Shown here one piece after another: positions 1-12,756 of a DNA stretch of 64,000 nt. The position numbers and the translations under genes were made by a program. The notes beneath the pieces are model-generated. The model was not told the DNA's origin, ran no database searches, and saw only the letters and a program-made list of their open reading frames with translations. How positions within the stretch are numbered: the first letter of the stretch is position 1; each line of letters begins with the position of its first letter. Source of the DNA: Octopus vulgaris (lineage: Eukaryota). Location: positions 11,780,001 to 11,844,000 of the forward strand of contig OX597834.1 of assembly GCA_951406725.2 (NCBI GenBank), written 5' to 3'.

Positions 1-130
1 ATGTTAATATGCATATACGTATATAGAGATTAACATGTGGATACATTTGTATATAATTATATTCGCACAGATATATAGACATGTGCATGCATATATATAT
101 ATACATACATACAAACACACACACACACAC

Positions 131-135
<5 letters not shown>

Positions 136-163
<28 letters not shown>

Positions 164-296
164 TGTATGTATGTATGTATGTATGTATGTATGTATGTAT
201 GTATGTATGTATGTATGTATGTATGTATGTATGTATGTATGTATGTATGTATGTATGTATGTATGTATGTATGTATGTATGTATGTATGTATGTAT
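136..296. repeat. (TATG)n tetranucleotide microsatellite
   Basis: Uninterrupted atgt run of about 40 units; it explains the YVCM/HTYI ORFs. Confidence 0.98.
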
Positions 297-907
297 AAAG
301 GCTAGCACACACAGACATACAAACGTACGTATGTATGTATGTATGCATGAGGGGCGTAAAATGAGATGAAGTCTAATATACTTATATTCCTAATATTACA
401 TATCGTACTATTGTATTTTTTGTTTCATTTTATTGGTATTGAATGCAAATAAAATTTATGCGTAAAAATCTCAAAACAACAAAATTAGGTGAAATACCAA
501 AGACAAAACAAAAGACGAATATATATTATTTACTATTGATTTCTATTCTAAATTTCTGGAATCTTGTTTAGTATACTAAATTTATATGACAATTTCTAAA
601 TCTGTCAATTTTATTAATACATTCTCGTGATATCTATTAATTTGAGACGTACATTCACAAAAAAAAAAAGATTTCACATAGAAAACAAAATAAAGACGTC
701 TGCGTACTGTATGAAAATAATACTGACTCATAAATATGCACACGTACACATACACACTCACACACACACATATATATATATATACATACATATTTTATGT
801 ATACAATTATATATACAATTATATATATAAATCAAACAATGTATAATTATATATATATGAGTATATATGTATGTCTATATATAATGTACAAATGTATATA
901 TATATAC

Positions 908-1203
908 TTTTCACCCTTTTCAAGCCTAGCCAGGCTCATGGGCCCGGTTTCCCGGTTTCTGTGGCGTATGTGTTCCCCCAGGGTGGAGGGGACGCTCGTT
1001 CATCGCAGTGTTACTCAAGAAACAGGAAGAAAGAGTGAGAGAAAGTTGGGACGACAGAGTAGAACAGGGGTCGCCACCACCCCCTGCTTGAAGCCTCGTG
1101 GTGATTTCGCTCAATAAACACACACAACGCCCGGTCTGGGAATCGAAACCGCGATCATCCGACCGCTAGTCCGCTGCCCTAACCACTAGGCATTGTGCCT
1201 CCA
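908..1203 (-). mobile_element. tRNA-derived SINE, family C (tail type 1)
   Basis: Reverse complement begins ggaggcacaatgcctagtggttagggcagcggac...ggtttcgattcccagaccggg (A and B boxes). Body is shared with the copies at 11676, 22211 and 53161. Confidence 0.85.
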
Positions 1204-1237
1204 TACACACTCACATATATATTTACATAAATATATA

Positions 1238-1340
1238 CAGTCATCCGTAGCCATATCGCGGTTCACCTATCGCGGTTTATTATTTAAGCTTACGTGGATT
1301 CCTCAGTGGAGCTGTTTTGCATATTTAATTAAATAAATAT
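1238..1340 (+). mobile_element. pogo/Tigger-like DNA transposon end fragment
   Basis: TA followed by cagtcatccgtagccatatcgcggttcacctatcgcgg, resembling Tigger-type TIRs. The other end was not found. Confidence 0.5.
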
Positions 1341-1386
1341 ATACATTTATATATACATATACATCTATATATATATATATTTATAG

Positions 1387-1415
1387 TGGAGGCGCAATGG
1401 CCCAGTGGTTAGGGC

Positions 1416-1416
<1 letters not shown>
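1387..1416 (+). mobile_element. 5' stub of SINE family C
   Basis: gtggaggcgcaatggcccagtggttagggc, then breaks into (TA)n. Confidence 0.7.
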
Positions 1417-1464
<48 letters not shown>

Positions 1465-1559
1465 CATGTATATATGTATATACATGTGTACACAATATAT
1501 ATAAACATGTAAGACATGCAAATAATTGCGAACAACATTATAATCTGCGTCTCTCGTAT

Positions 1560-1870
1560 AACAGCAAAGTTGACATGACCCCCAGAATGTGTTCCTGGAT
1601 TCTCAGAACATTCCAGTCGAGATATATCTAAACTATTATCCTTCTCTTCTCTATTTTTGTCAGACTCCACCTTGAACACTTTTGTCCAGTGGGGGTCTCC
1701 CAACACGAAACGAAGTATCATGAAAATTGAAGGACCTCAAAGGTCAATTACACAAAGGATAGATGGCATGACCGGCCTTGAAAATCGGGGCAGACTAGAA
1801 AAACTCAAGCTCTATTTTTTCCAACGCTGCTTTGAGCGCCACATCATCTGCATGATGTATACAACATAAT
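1560..1870 (+). pseudogene. CR1/L2-group LINE reverse transcriptase C-terminal relic
   Basis: Frameshifted translation RMCSWILRTFQSR...FVRLHLEHFCPV/WGSPNTKRSIMKIEGPQRSITQRIDGMTGLENRGRLEKLKLYFFQRCFERH matches the CR1-group pattern VRPHLEY..WSP...IE.VQR...RL..L.L..L.RRR.R. Confidence 0.8.
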
Positions 1871-3429
1871 ATATAATATATTACCATATAAATGGGAGAA
1901 AGAAATTTAAGAAATGTCAAATATTATATTCGAAAACATTCAAAGTGAACTATATATAGAATTTACCATAATAAATATATATTTATTTATTTGATATATA
2001 TATATATTTATTTCAGCCTACCATCATCGGTCATTCATATATCGGCTATGAAATAGTAATTGCGGTAATTATGTGTGTCTAGTTACCTGTTTCTAATCGA
2101 TATTTCATTTTTGTCATATTTCGCCCCCGAAATAAAGTAGTCATTGAAATTGAATTGAATACATAGAAAAAAAAAATGTGAGTCAAAGAATATCATTTAC
2201 GTTATCAAATCTCAATCCGAATCAAATCTCGCCCGAGGAATCAACAGCAAGGAATTTCAATTTTATTTTTATAATATTCACAAAAGAATATTTTCTTAAA
2301 TATGGATCTGTTTTCAGACTCGATTTTACTGCTTGTACATCTTGGTTTGTCTTTATTTGTTTGCATATCAGCTGTGACCGATGACAAAATATGACAATAG
2401 GCATTCCAGTCGTGACCATCTTGTCTAGTACTCGGTATTTCATACCTGATGATCGAATATATGCAGAGTCACTCCAGTTTCAATGTAATAGTGTGTAATT
2501 TGCAGACTACAAGTACGTGTCTGTCTCTCAAAATGTTTAGCCCAGGATTTACTTGTATGCCTATTGACAGGTAATTCATATGAATGAGTGTGCTCGTGTT
2601 TGACAAATATAATTAAAATATTTATGTATACACACATGTATACACACATGTATACACACACATATTTACATACACACAAACACAGAGAGAGAGATACACA
2701 TATGCACGTATTCATATACATGACAAATGCATATATATATATATATACACACATATTTTTTTGAGTAGCGTGCGTATTGTGAAAAATTATATGGTTATGG
2801 AGAGGGTGTCTAATTTCGGCATATTTGGCATTGGAAATTTTTTCGTTTGCCCTTATTTATAAGTTATATATATATATGTATGTATATAAAGCCAGACAGA
2901 AATATGTATATATCTGTGGTTCAACACATGTAGAGCGGTTGAGCATATCACTTTTATACGAATTTTCTAGGTCAAAAACTAATGAGCCTGAACATGTCAC
3001 AAATAAGAAACAAAAGTGTTACATATAGGAATTATTCGACACAAACATTAACAGGAACACTTAATTTGGCAAGAAACTGAAGGATAGATGATAAATTAGA
3101 AAATACTTTCTCTGTTGGTGGTTTCAGGAACTGGGATGAAGCTATGATCATGTAGCACATTGTATGGAAGAGTTCAGCCATATCGTACGAAATACTGATC
3201 TCAATCTCGGAGTTTTTTTATGGAACACTCTTCATCGGAAGCACAATTTATAATTTTATTGTAAATGGTTCGTTATATAAAGCAGCATTTACCATGATTA
3301 TGTAGAAGCACATACGCACTTATATATACATTAGCACGCACGTACACACACATACTTGTATATACGATTACAAACGCAAATACATATATATATGTATATG
3401 TAAATGTATGTATGTATGTATGAATATGT

Positions 3430-3985
3430 CAAGTCACTTTCGAGTGCTACTGGTAACATGTAACCCAGTACAACCTGTTGCATGGTTGGGTCGTTGGCGA
3501 CTAAACCGGCAACCCCACCAAGCTTGCTTGGTGAGGAGGGTGTTTAATGGACACCCTACGGGATGAAAAACAAAACCCGTCAAGGGGCGAAGGAACTCTT
3601 GAGAGTCAACGACCATCCAATAACTGTCTTGAGGCTGTATCATGCACGGGGACATAGAAATAATCGGACTGAAAACTCGATCGCGCGGTTAAATCATTGG
3701 GAGTGAAGGACTCCTAGCCTTTGTTAGGGCATCCTTCTAGGAGAAGGTGACTCAGGTAACTGGGATAATTCCGACATAAAACTTGCGGCTCAGTGGTTAC
3801 CGATGATGTTGACTTGTTCTTCTTTTCGGCTTATGGCTGCTGTTGCTTAATGAGTGGGATTGACTCAGTGCATAGACTATTTCCTCCCTTTAAAAAAATC
3901 TTTTTGCACAGGCATTGCACGATAACAACATTGATCAAGCTTCGTACTATGGCCATATTCGATAACGAGGAGGCAGCCACCACCA
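3430..3985 (+). mobile_element. RTE-type LINE 5'UTR-derived non-autonomous element
   Basis: GC-richer island between (TATG) tracts. It contains gggcatccttctaggagaaggtgactc, similar to the GGCAACC..TCTAGGAGAAGGAAAACTC motif of RTE 5' UTRs, and a possible HDV-like fold at its 5' end. Confidence 0.6.
3452..3509 (+). ncRNA. candidate (degenerate) HDV-like ribozyme
   Basis: Elements in HDV order: P2 ccagt, P3 aca, L3 acctgt, tgc, P1' atggtt, GG, P4 gtcg-ttgg-cgac, J4/2 CTAA, P2' accgg. P1, P2 and P3 pairing are imperfect. Confidence 0.4.
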
Positions 3986-5274
3986 TGTATGTATACATAC
4001 ATACATATATACATACATATTTCTGATTCCCTTTTGCTAATATCATATTCGTTTGAATATATATTTATGTTTGGTTGATTCAAGGGATTAAATGTGATAT
4101 AGTTGTGTCTGAAAATCATGATATGTTAACATTTAGGCAATACTTACATTGATGCATTATGCGTTGTCCTGTAAACTTAATTACTATTTAGACTACAATT
4201 TCTGTTAATTAGTTCCTGTAATTAGTTGTCTGTTTTTTTGCTATGCGTGACTGCTTGAGCATTCTAGTGGTTCAACAGAAGTTTATTACTTCAGCTAGAA
4301 TCATGTACGATATTCGATTATTAATAATTAAAATTGTTTTAATTTTGTTTTTGGTTCTTATATATTGCAATTTTTATAAAATCCGTTTCACATTGATTTA
4401 TTAGTGCAGTCATTGCCTCCCTGATCGTTTTTCTTTTGAGCCAGTTTTAGCAGTTTTATGCAAATCGTGCATCATCAGTTATGATATATTTCAACTGTTA
4501 TTTGTTTTATATGGAACATTTAACTCTTTAATTCATTATATAATAATTTATATATGGTTTTAATAGTTTTACCACTCCGGTGAAAAAATTGGTAAATCTT
4601 GTAAAATTTCCAAATAACTGTATCCAACTTTATTTCTGAAGGTTCCGAGATTTTTACTTGCAGATAGCTGTGTGATTTTCGGTGATCAATATATTAAAAT
4701 AAATGTCTCGTTTTAGTTTAGATAATAAATTAGATTTAAATATTACGAATATTATAACTTACAACCGTGTTCATTATATACCCTCACTTTATAATCCGAA
4801 AGTGGAAAAATATATATATATATATATATATATAGATAGATATACATACATACACATACATACACACTCGTATGTACATATGTATGTATGCATAAAATAA
4901 TATATAATTCTAATAAAAATCTAGCATATTTTTCATCAGAAAATTTAGTTTTAAAGTTCTTACATAGTCCTAAACTTGAAATTAGAATTCTACTGAGTCC
5001 TTCATTAGTTCTTTATATTTATTTACTAAGTGTTTTCAATAAAGCTTCGTTGAATCACAATTCGCCATCTTAGTTTTGTTTAAATTGTCTAATGCCTTTA
5101 TAATTGTATTTACGTTGTCAATAATCCAGAATGTATTTACTTTAGAGAAATATTTGTTTTTAACAAGACAGACTTTCACATTCTTTATATTATTTTTAAT
5201 AAACTGGTGATCGGAAAAGCTAAGAGATTTAAATGGCTTTTTGTGTTAGATATTTCGTATCTGTCTTTATATAT

Positions 5275-5313
5275 ATAAATACATACATATACATACATAC
5301 ATACATACATACA

Positions 5314-5360
<47 letters not shown>

Positions 5361-5545
5361 TATATATATTATCTATATACAATATATATATAAACATATG
5401 TTTATAAAGACACACACGTACACGCATATACATAAGCATAAAGAAAAATAAATGATTAAAACATACATATATATATATATATACACATACATACATACAC
5501 ACATATATATATATATATGTATGTATATATATATATATGTGTGTG

Positions 5546-5577
<32 letters not shown>

Positions 5578-5607
5578 GTATGTATATATATATATACATA
5601 CATACAT

Positions 5608-5657
<50 letters not shown>

Positions 5658-5801
5658 GTTGATATATATATATATATATAAACATACATACATACACACA
5701 CACACATATATATATATATATGTATGTATATATATATATATATATGTGTGGATATATATATATATATATATACATACATATACATATATATATATATATA
5801 T
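5275..5801. repeat. compound (TACA)n/(TA)n/(CA)n microsatellite region
   Basis: Direct reading. Confidence 0.95.
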
Positions 5802-6247
5802 TCCATTCCATTATTTAATTAAATCTTGTTGAGTTTATATTGTATTATGGATTTTTATGTTGCTTCTTTAGCATTCTTTTTTTTGTTTATTTCATATGAA
5901 TTGATGTATTGATTGTAGAATTTGCGTCTATTCTAGCTTCTTGGAAAAGGTGTTTCAATAGGAAACATTTTATAAAAGAATGCAATATTATTGCAAGCAT
6001 TGTCTAGAGCGATTATATAATATTTTTTGGTTATTCTTGTATTTTAAAGGCATTTTATTCTTAGAAACATTGACATTTCTTTTACACCACATATAGTGTT
6101 AATAAATATAGATATATTTTATATTTCCCATTTCCATAACATATATTAACTAATCCGCATGTCCAATAATTAGTTTAGCTGAAAGCTATAATTTGTCTTT
6201 ACTTACACTTTAGCCATATGTTGCATACCAATCTATTTATCTGTCTG

Positions 6248-6278
<31 letters not shown>

Positions 6279-6699
6279 CTGTGTCTGCCTATATATCTGT
6301 CTATTTATCTATTTATGTATCTATTTATTTATCTATCCATCTACATGTTTGTGTGTCTACCTCTCTGTTAATCTATCTAGCGATTCGCTAAATGTGTATG
6401 TATGTATGTGTGTGTGTGTGCGTAAGTGTATGTGTGTGTGTGTTATTCCTTCAAGACCATGGATTGCGACCATGCTGGATCAGAGAATTTAAAGAGGTAA
6501 TTATGTCTCAGTAAAATCTGGAACATATTCAATGGAACGATTGTCGAATGACAGTCTTACAAGCAAGACAACAAAAGAATGCTTGTTGCTGAGCTCAAGT
6601 GAGGCAAATATACACACGCTCAGACATAGAAAAACATGCACACACAAACACACACAGTCACCCACAACCACATGCACACACACACACAGAAATACACAA

Positions 6700-6870
6700 A
6701 ACGCGAACAAACTCATATACACAACGCAAACACACACGTACGCACCTATACGACGGTCTTTCACAAGTGTTTCAATCTTCCAGATTCAAACTCCATGCAT
6801 TGGTCGGCTTCCTAGTGGGACTGAACTCAAAAGGAGGCGATTGCTTTGCAAACCTTTTAACAACACAACC
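6700..6870 (-). mobile_element. highly decayed SINE family B copy
   Basis: tatacgacggtctttcac...ttggtcggc...agtgggactgaactc match family B landmarks. Confidence 0.5.
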
Positions 6871-6999
6871 TGGCCTGTAAACATGAACATGCATGCAGCT
6901 TACATAAATACAGTTACATACTTACATATGTATTTAACTGTATATGTCCATATCTTCTGTATATATTCATACATACATATATATATATATGATTATTTT

Positions 7000-7262
7000 A
7001 TTTATATTTTACACACAGATATATATGGAAGAATATTGTATTTCTATACAACCTCGCTAAGATAAATATTTCAATCACCTGAAGATTGACTGTAACTCGA
7101 ATTTTTACGAATTGGACAGCCTTGAAACGATCGTAGTGTTATACTCATTATCTTTTTTTAATAATTTTGATATATATTTAAAATAATATAAATTAATTAA
7201 TCTTATGTATTGGCTTAAGATCTTCATCGTATGATTTGCCTAATAGTTGTTTTATCTCTAAT
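7000..7262 (+). mobile_element. (TA)n-embedded Penelope-like terminal-repeat fragment with hammerhead
   Basis: AT-rich insert flanked by TA runs and carrying the hammerhead motif at 7076-7138. Confidence 0.55.
7076..7138 (+). ncRNA. type-I minimal hammerhead ribozyme motif
   Basis: cac CTGAAGA ..gactgt[loop]acagcc.. GAAAC gatc GTA gtg. Stem I cac/gtg, palindromic stem III ACGATCGT, GUA cleavage triplet. Confidence 0.75.
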
Positions 7263-7289
7263 TTAATATAATATAATATAATATATATA

Positions 7290-7479
7290 TAGGGTGCGGT
7301 GAATAGACTGTCGTCTAAATTATGCAAAAATGAAAATAACATTGACATCTTACTTTAACAGTTATATTTACGAAAATTATATAAAAATATCTTGAAAGAT
7401 TAGAATAAATTTATTCAATAAAATCGCCAGTGTCTTCAACCACGACCTCCAGACGGCTTCGTAATTTCCTGCAACTCCT
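7290..7479 (-). mobile_element. Tc1/mariner-superfamily 3' end relic
   Basis: Minus strand reads RSCRKLRSRLEVVVEDTGDFIE*, a typical transposase C-terminus, followed by a TIR-like end (ta-tagggtgcggtgaata on +). Confidence 0.7.
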
Positions 7480-8140
7480 ACGTTCACATATATACATCTA
7501 TGTCACGTGCGAAGCTTGTGAAGAAAAATGGTTTATCAAAAAGAAAATATAGTTGCCTGGATGATAATAAGTTAAAAACTGTACGTTTTCTGCTGTTTTA
7601 ATGGCTCGAAAAAACACTTTCATATCTCTCTGATATATCAGACATTTCAAGCAAAGTAAACTTATACCTGAATATACCAAACACCACTAAAGAAGTCTAA
7701 ATGTGAAAATAATCCAATGCTTTATAGAATTCCCCACCTAAATAGACTATACTAAAGTACTGACGGTACCGGCGGAAAATTTAAGGAACTCTAGGACGGC
7801 TACTGAAAACTATAACGATGCAAGCGAAAAAATATTCCAGTGACGAGTGTTAGATATCTGAATACGTGACAAAGATGAATTTTGAAATTTATAGCTGCAA
7901 CATCAAGAATTGTCTGACAGGCAGGTGAGAAATAAAGTCGTTAATACTAAACAATGAAATTACACCTGTGGTTGTTTTTATTTAATATTTTTTAAAGTAA
8001 ATCATTCACTCTAATGACGGCCAATATATATCTATCTATCTATCTATCTATCTATTCCCCTCTCTCTCTCTCTCTTTATATATATATATATATCCCTCTC
8101 TCTCTATATATATATAAATACATACATGCATACACATATA

Positions 8141-8181
<41 letters not shown>

Positions 8182-8477
8182 TTATACATGCATACACACA
8201 TATATAGAAGTGCAATTGGTGTGCGTGTGTGTGTGTGTGTGTGTGTGTATACGAACACAGAGAGATAAGAGAATATATATACCTGTTGCCATGAATTTTC
8301 CGATTTCTATTCATTCATTGACAATAAAAAAAGAAGCAAAGTATGGCAAAATATTACCACCTCCTCTCTCGCATGAAGCTTACCAGAGCATACTACTTTT
8401 AATTATACATCGGAATAACGGTAGCATATATCTCTACAGCTTTTTGGTCAAAGCTTTAGAATTCTGTATCAACTTAT

Positions 8478-8520
<43 letters not shown>

Positions 8521-9027
8521 CAATTGATTGCATTTCAACAAATTTGAAAAGGCATCCTGTAATGTTTATGACAGTGCAACGAAGTATTTATTTCTTGAAT
8601 CGAAGGAATTCTATAGTGTAAAGGTTATTCAATGTCTTCAAGTTAACTGCAATCTATTTTGACCCTTTTTTTTTTTGCTCACTTACTGTTCGAAGTTATC
8701 TGTAAGTTAAAAATTCATCTCATGTCGCAAACTTGTAAGCTAAGCGTTCATCGATATTCATCATAGAGCTACAACCTAACTTACTAAATCATTTTAGCTT
8801 CCAGTTGCGTCTGTGTCACTGAACTATATATATATATAATGCAGCTATAGCGAAATGGCACGGATCTTTGGCTAAGAAATTTGGTTTGCAAATACGTGTT
8901 CCAGAGTTTAACTACAGAGCGCAATAAATATTTTGCTACAGTGCCTCTTCATTAAAATATGGCAGTGGAGTTTGTTATTCAAAATCTCTCAGTTGCTTAA
9001 ATATTTGTTGCGTTTGGGGACTGATTT

Positions 9028-9586
9028 GAATAATATATTTTAACAGGTAAGCTATAGCGAAAAATTACCTTCATTGGCTGAAGTTTAGATGGATATCCAC
9101 GGACTGCTAAATTTGTAATTTTTCTTTTTAAAGATTGGACAATTTATCATTTCAAAGATTGTCTTCGTAAACTGCTATAAGGAGTATACGCACATTTCTG
9201 CTGTGGGATTGGAATAATATTTTAAAAGGTAAGCTATCGCGAGAAATTACCTTCATTGGCTAAAGTTTAGATGGATATCCACGGACTGCTAAATTGGTAA
9301 TTTTTCTTTTTAAAGTTTGGACAATTTATCATTCCAAAGATTGTTTTCGTAAACCGCTATAAGGAGTATACGCATATTTCTGCTGTGGGATTGGAATAAT
9401 ATTTTAAAAGGTAAGCTATCGCGAAAAATTACCTTCATTGACTGAAGTTTAGATGGATATCCATGGACTGCTAAATTGGTAATTTTTCTTTTTAAAGCTT
9501 GAGCAATTTATCATTTCAAAGATTGTCTTCGTAAACTGCTATAAGGAGTATATGCATATTTCTGCCCTGGGATTGGAATAATATTT
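9028..9586. repeat. 182-bp tandem repeat, 3 copies
   Basis: ggtaagctat recurs at 9046, 9228 and 9410 (period 182); units are highly similar. Confidence 0.95.
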
Positions 9587-9615
9587 CGTTGTAAAATAGA
9601 AGCACATCAGGGATC

Positions 9616-10570
9616 ACGAGAGGGTACTTATAAGTAACCGGAAACATTCTCTGCGGGACAAACCCGTTATAGTTCAGGCTATAATCCCTTTGGATCGACC
9701 CACAGGCATCAGTTTGCCGATCGGCGTCGACGACTGAATCCGTACTGCAACGTGGTGCGTCTTTGTTTTGCAGTACTTCACTCCTCTTCATCGATTCTTG
9801 AAATGGCTGAAACGAAGGAAGAGCATGCGTCTGTGAAATTGTTTTCTACTGGGAAAAACGGAGGCCGAAACATGCAGCCATGAGTAAAACACATGTTTAC
9901 TAGAGGTTTCCAGGCTTCAGGAATGGTCACATGTCGCTTGAAGACCAGTCTCGTTCAGGACGACCATCAACCTAGGCGCAGGAGTGGCTGTGTGGTAAGT
10001 AGCTTGCTAACCCAACACATGGTTCCGGGTTCAGTCCCACTGCGTGGCACCTTCAGCAAGTGTCTTCTGCTATAGCCCCGGGCGGACCAATGCCTTGTGA
10101 GTGGATTTGGTAGACGGAAACTGAAAGCAGCCTGTCGTATATATGTATATATGTATATGCATGTGTGTGTGTTTGTGTGTCTGTGTTTGTCGCCCTAGCA
10201 TTGCTTGACAACCGATGCTGGTGTGTTTACGTCCCCGTCACTTAGCGGTTCGGCAAAAGAGACCGATAGAATAAGTACTGGGTTTACAAAGGATAAGTCC
10301 CGGGGTCGATTTGCTCGACTAAAAGGCGGTGCTCCAGCACGGCCGCAGTCAAATGACTGAAACAAGTAAAAGAGATAGAGAAGAGAACCTCTCGAACGAA
10401 CGAAAATATCATGAAAATTCATGAACTGATCTTGGTGGACCGTCACGGAACAATTGTGCTGCTTCGCTGAATTGCTTCGCGTTCCGCCGTAAATTTTACG
10501 CTGTGGTGAACATAGTTGGAAACAATGATCTAAAAGACAAGGACAAATGTCCCTCAAGGGAGTATCATAG
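9616..10570 (+). mobile_element. internally deleted mariner element interrupted by a SINE
   Basis: TIR-like acgagagggtacttataagtaaccggaa. From ATG 9803: MAETKEEHASVK..LLGKT..AMSKTHVY...SLEDQSRSGRPST|SRTNENIMKIHELILVDRHGTI (mariner HTH region). A DKC..EY C-terminal remnant lies near 10540-10566. Confidence 0.8.
9974..10385 (+). mobile_element. tRNA-derived SINE, family B, full length
   Basis: aggcgcaggagtggctgtgtggtaag...gggttcagtccc head, central TA/TG tract, gactgaaacaagtaaaagag tail; aacct is duplicated on both sides. Confidence 0.9.
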
Positions 10571-11121
10571 TTTCCTGTTCTTCCGTTGTGAAATTTCTAA
10601 GGATCCATTCTACTAATCCTCTGCATTTTGTAGCCAAGGAGGTAGGTAGATTGGTTGGCAGGTAGTTTTGTAACTACGTATGTATAGATACAGGGGAGAC
10701 TTTTAATTCCTTACTCTGATTTTCTTGCTTGCAATTATTAAAATCATTCGAATTTCACGTGTATACACATAAAAATACGTACTTTTGTTTGGACGCATTT
10801 ACAATTTTTCACATTTACATCTGCACACGCACTGCTATTCAAGTATAGTGACACGCATGCATATAACAAATAAATATTATTTTGTGCGATGACAAATTAT
10901 CAATTGTATTTTGTTTTAAATTTTAATATTGTTAATTAAATTTATTCATATATTCCTATAGTGCTTTATGCTAATTTATGGCTCTAAACAAAATGGAATA
11001 TGTCAAAACAAATCACCAAGCAATTACGATAAAATTAAAATGTTTAAATTCTTAAAATTTGTCGTCTAATTAAAGTGTTTGAGTATAAAAATTGATGTTT
11101 TACATTTAGACTAACAATAAT

Positions 11122-11162
<41 letters not shown>

Positions 11163-11244
11163 GGGAATTATGATGATTGAACAAAAAAAAAGAAGTGAAA
11201 TACTATTAAAGTTTGTACATAGTAGGGGAGGATGATTGTACCGA

Positions 11245-11400
11245 AGCTTACTTCCCAACCACAGGGTTTCGGGTTCACTCTCACGGTGTGGCACCTTGGG
11301 CAAGTTTCTGCTACAACAACCTCGGGCCGACCAATGCGATGTGAGTGGATTTGATAGACGGAAAGTGAAAATAAAGGTAGTGTGTGTGTGTGTGTGTGTA
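11245..11400 (+). mobile_element. SINE family B 5' half (decayed)
   Basis: gtggcaccttgggcaag...gggccgaccaatgc...gtgagtggatttgatagacggaaa, then the TG tract. Confidence 0.75.
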
Positions 11401-11417
11401 CGTATATATATATATGT

Positions 11418-11591
11418 ATACCGAAGTAAAAACATAAATGTGAAACAAGGTGGAAAAAAGAGTACTCAAATAGCAGGGGTAGAAATTCAACAAAACCTGT
11501 TACTCGGAGTTTCACGTTCCCGTTCGTCGGACAGGAACGTGAAACTCCGAGTAACAGGTTTTGTTGAATTTCTGCTGCTTTTAAATAAAGT

Positions 11592-11597
<6 letters not shown>
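11418..11597 (-). mobile_element. (TA)n-embedded Penelope-like fragment with 40-bp inverted repeat and hammerhead
   Basis: Arms at 11481-11520 and about 11534-11573 are reverse complements; TA runs flank both sides. Confidence 0.7.
11496..11535 (-). ncRNA. type-I minimal hammerhead ribozyme motif (C4 variant)
   Basis: Reverse complement: cctgt CCGACGA acg-ggaa-cgt GAAA ctc-c-gag TA acagg. All three stems pair; GUA site. Confidence 0.75.
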
Positions 11598-11654
<57 letters not shown>

Positions 11655-11675
11655 GAGAGAGATAAGAGAGAGAGA

Positions 11676-12017
11676 GGAGAAGCAATGGCCCAGTGGTTAG
11701 GACAGCGGACTCGCGGTCGTAGGATCGCGGTTTCGATTCCCAGACCGGGCGTTGCGAGCGTTTATTGAGCGAAAACACCTAAAGCTCCAGGAGAATCCAC
11801 CAGGTATGGAAGGGGGCGCACCCTGCTGTACTCTTTCACCACAACTTTCTCTTACTCTTTCTTCCTGTTCCTGTTGTACCTGTATTTCAAAGGGTCAGCC
11901 TTGTCACACTGTGTCACGCTGAATCTCCCCGAGAACTACGTTAAGGGTAAACGTGTCCGTGGAATGCTCAGTCACTTACACGTTAAATTCACGAGCAGGC
12001 TGTTCCATTATCGGATC
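11676..12017 (+). mobile_element. tRNA-derived SINE, family C (tail type 2)
   Basis: gcaatggcccagtggttaggacagcggactcgcgg...ggtttcgattcccagacc head; tail tcacgctgaatctccccgagaactacgttaaggg. Confidence 0.88.
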
Positions 12018-12025
12018 TATACACG

Positions 12026-12067
<42 letters not shown>

Positions 12068-12756
12068 TTTTTATTTGTCATTATGAGTACATTTAGACCT
12101 CATATAGGGATATGTTTATCCAAGATACACTGGCTTAATAAATATATTATAAAATAGCAAATATCATTATTAAGTTAGAAAATATCAAGTATTATTATTA
12201 TGCTCGCCTACAATTGTTTCGTTAATTTATTAATTAATTTATATTCATTGAATCTCTCCATTTGCAAGAGATTACGTACATGAGAAGCGAATATCTTAGT
12301 CACACAGCAGTGCTTGCGATTTCTCTAGATATTTTATGAATTGCAAAGCAAGCCGATAATCTCCCTTGCAAATAATATCGAACACCCAATGAAACGCTGG
12401 TTTACGATTGAAGGAAGCCATGCGTATATTCGTGCAGCATCAGCTAAATCGTTTTAGTAGGATGGAAATTCAACATAAATCATCCAACGGAGTGAATATC
12501 ACGTTACGTTAGCTAAACTGCTAATTTCCTTCTTTCATTTAACAGATATCACAATTGGTTCTCTGTTATTTTTCTCAGTGACTTTCTCATAAAATGTAAT
12601 TCTTTGTACTTCTTTCTCCCAACCATTCTCCATTCCAGTTTCTCTATCTTTCCCTTTTACTCACTGTTTCCTATCTACTTCCATCACACTTGTCTCTGCT
12701 TGTCTCTTCCAACCTTTCTTTTTTTTTCTACTTTTGCGCACTTTTGAAATTTCTCG

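Noticed and set aside
2444-2575. acCTGATGAtc core-like motif
   Set aside because: No GAAA or stem III downstream; likely chance or too decayed. The ccggtga...gatagctgtgtg stretch near 4575-4675 was rejected likewise.
11676-11750. tRNA-like sequences (also 26640-26713 and other SINE heads)
   Set aside because: A and B boxes continue into SINE bodies and no complete cloverleaf forms; these are SINE heads, not tRNA genes.
12190-12230. Half hammerhead on the minus strand (GAAAC aatt GTA ggc)
   Set aside because: The palindromic stem III is present but no matching CTGANGA core or stem I was found; not counted.
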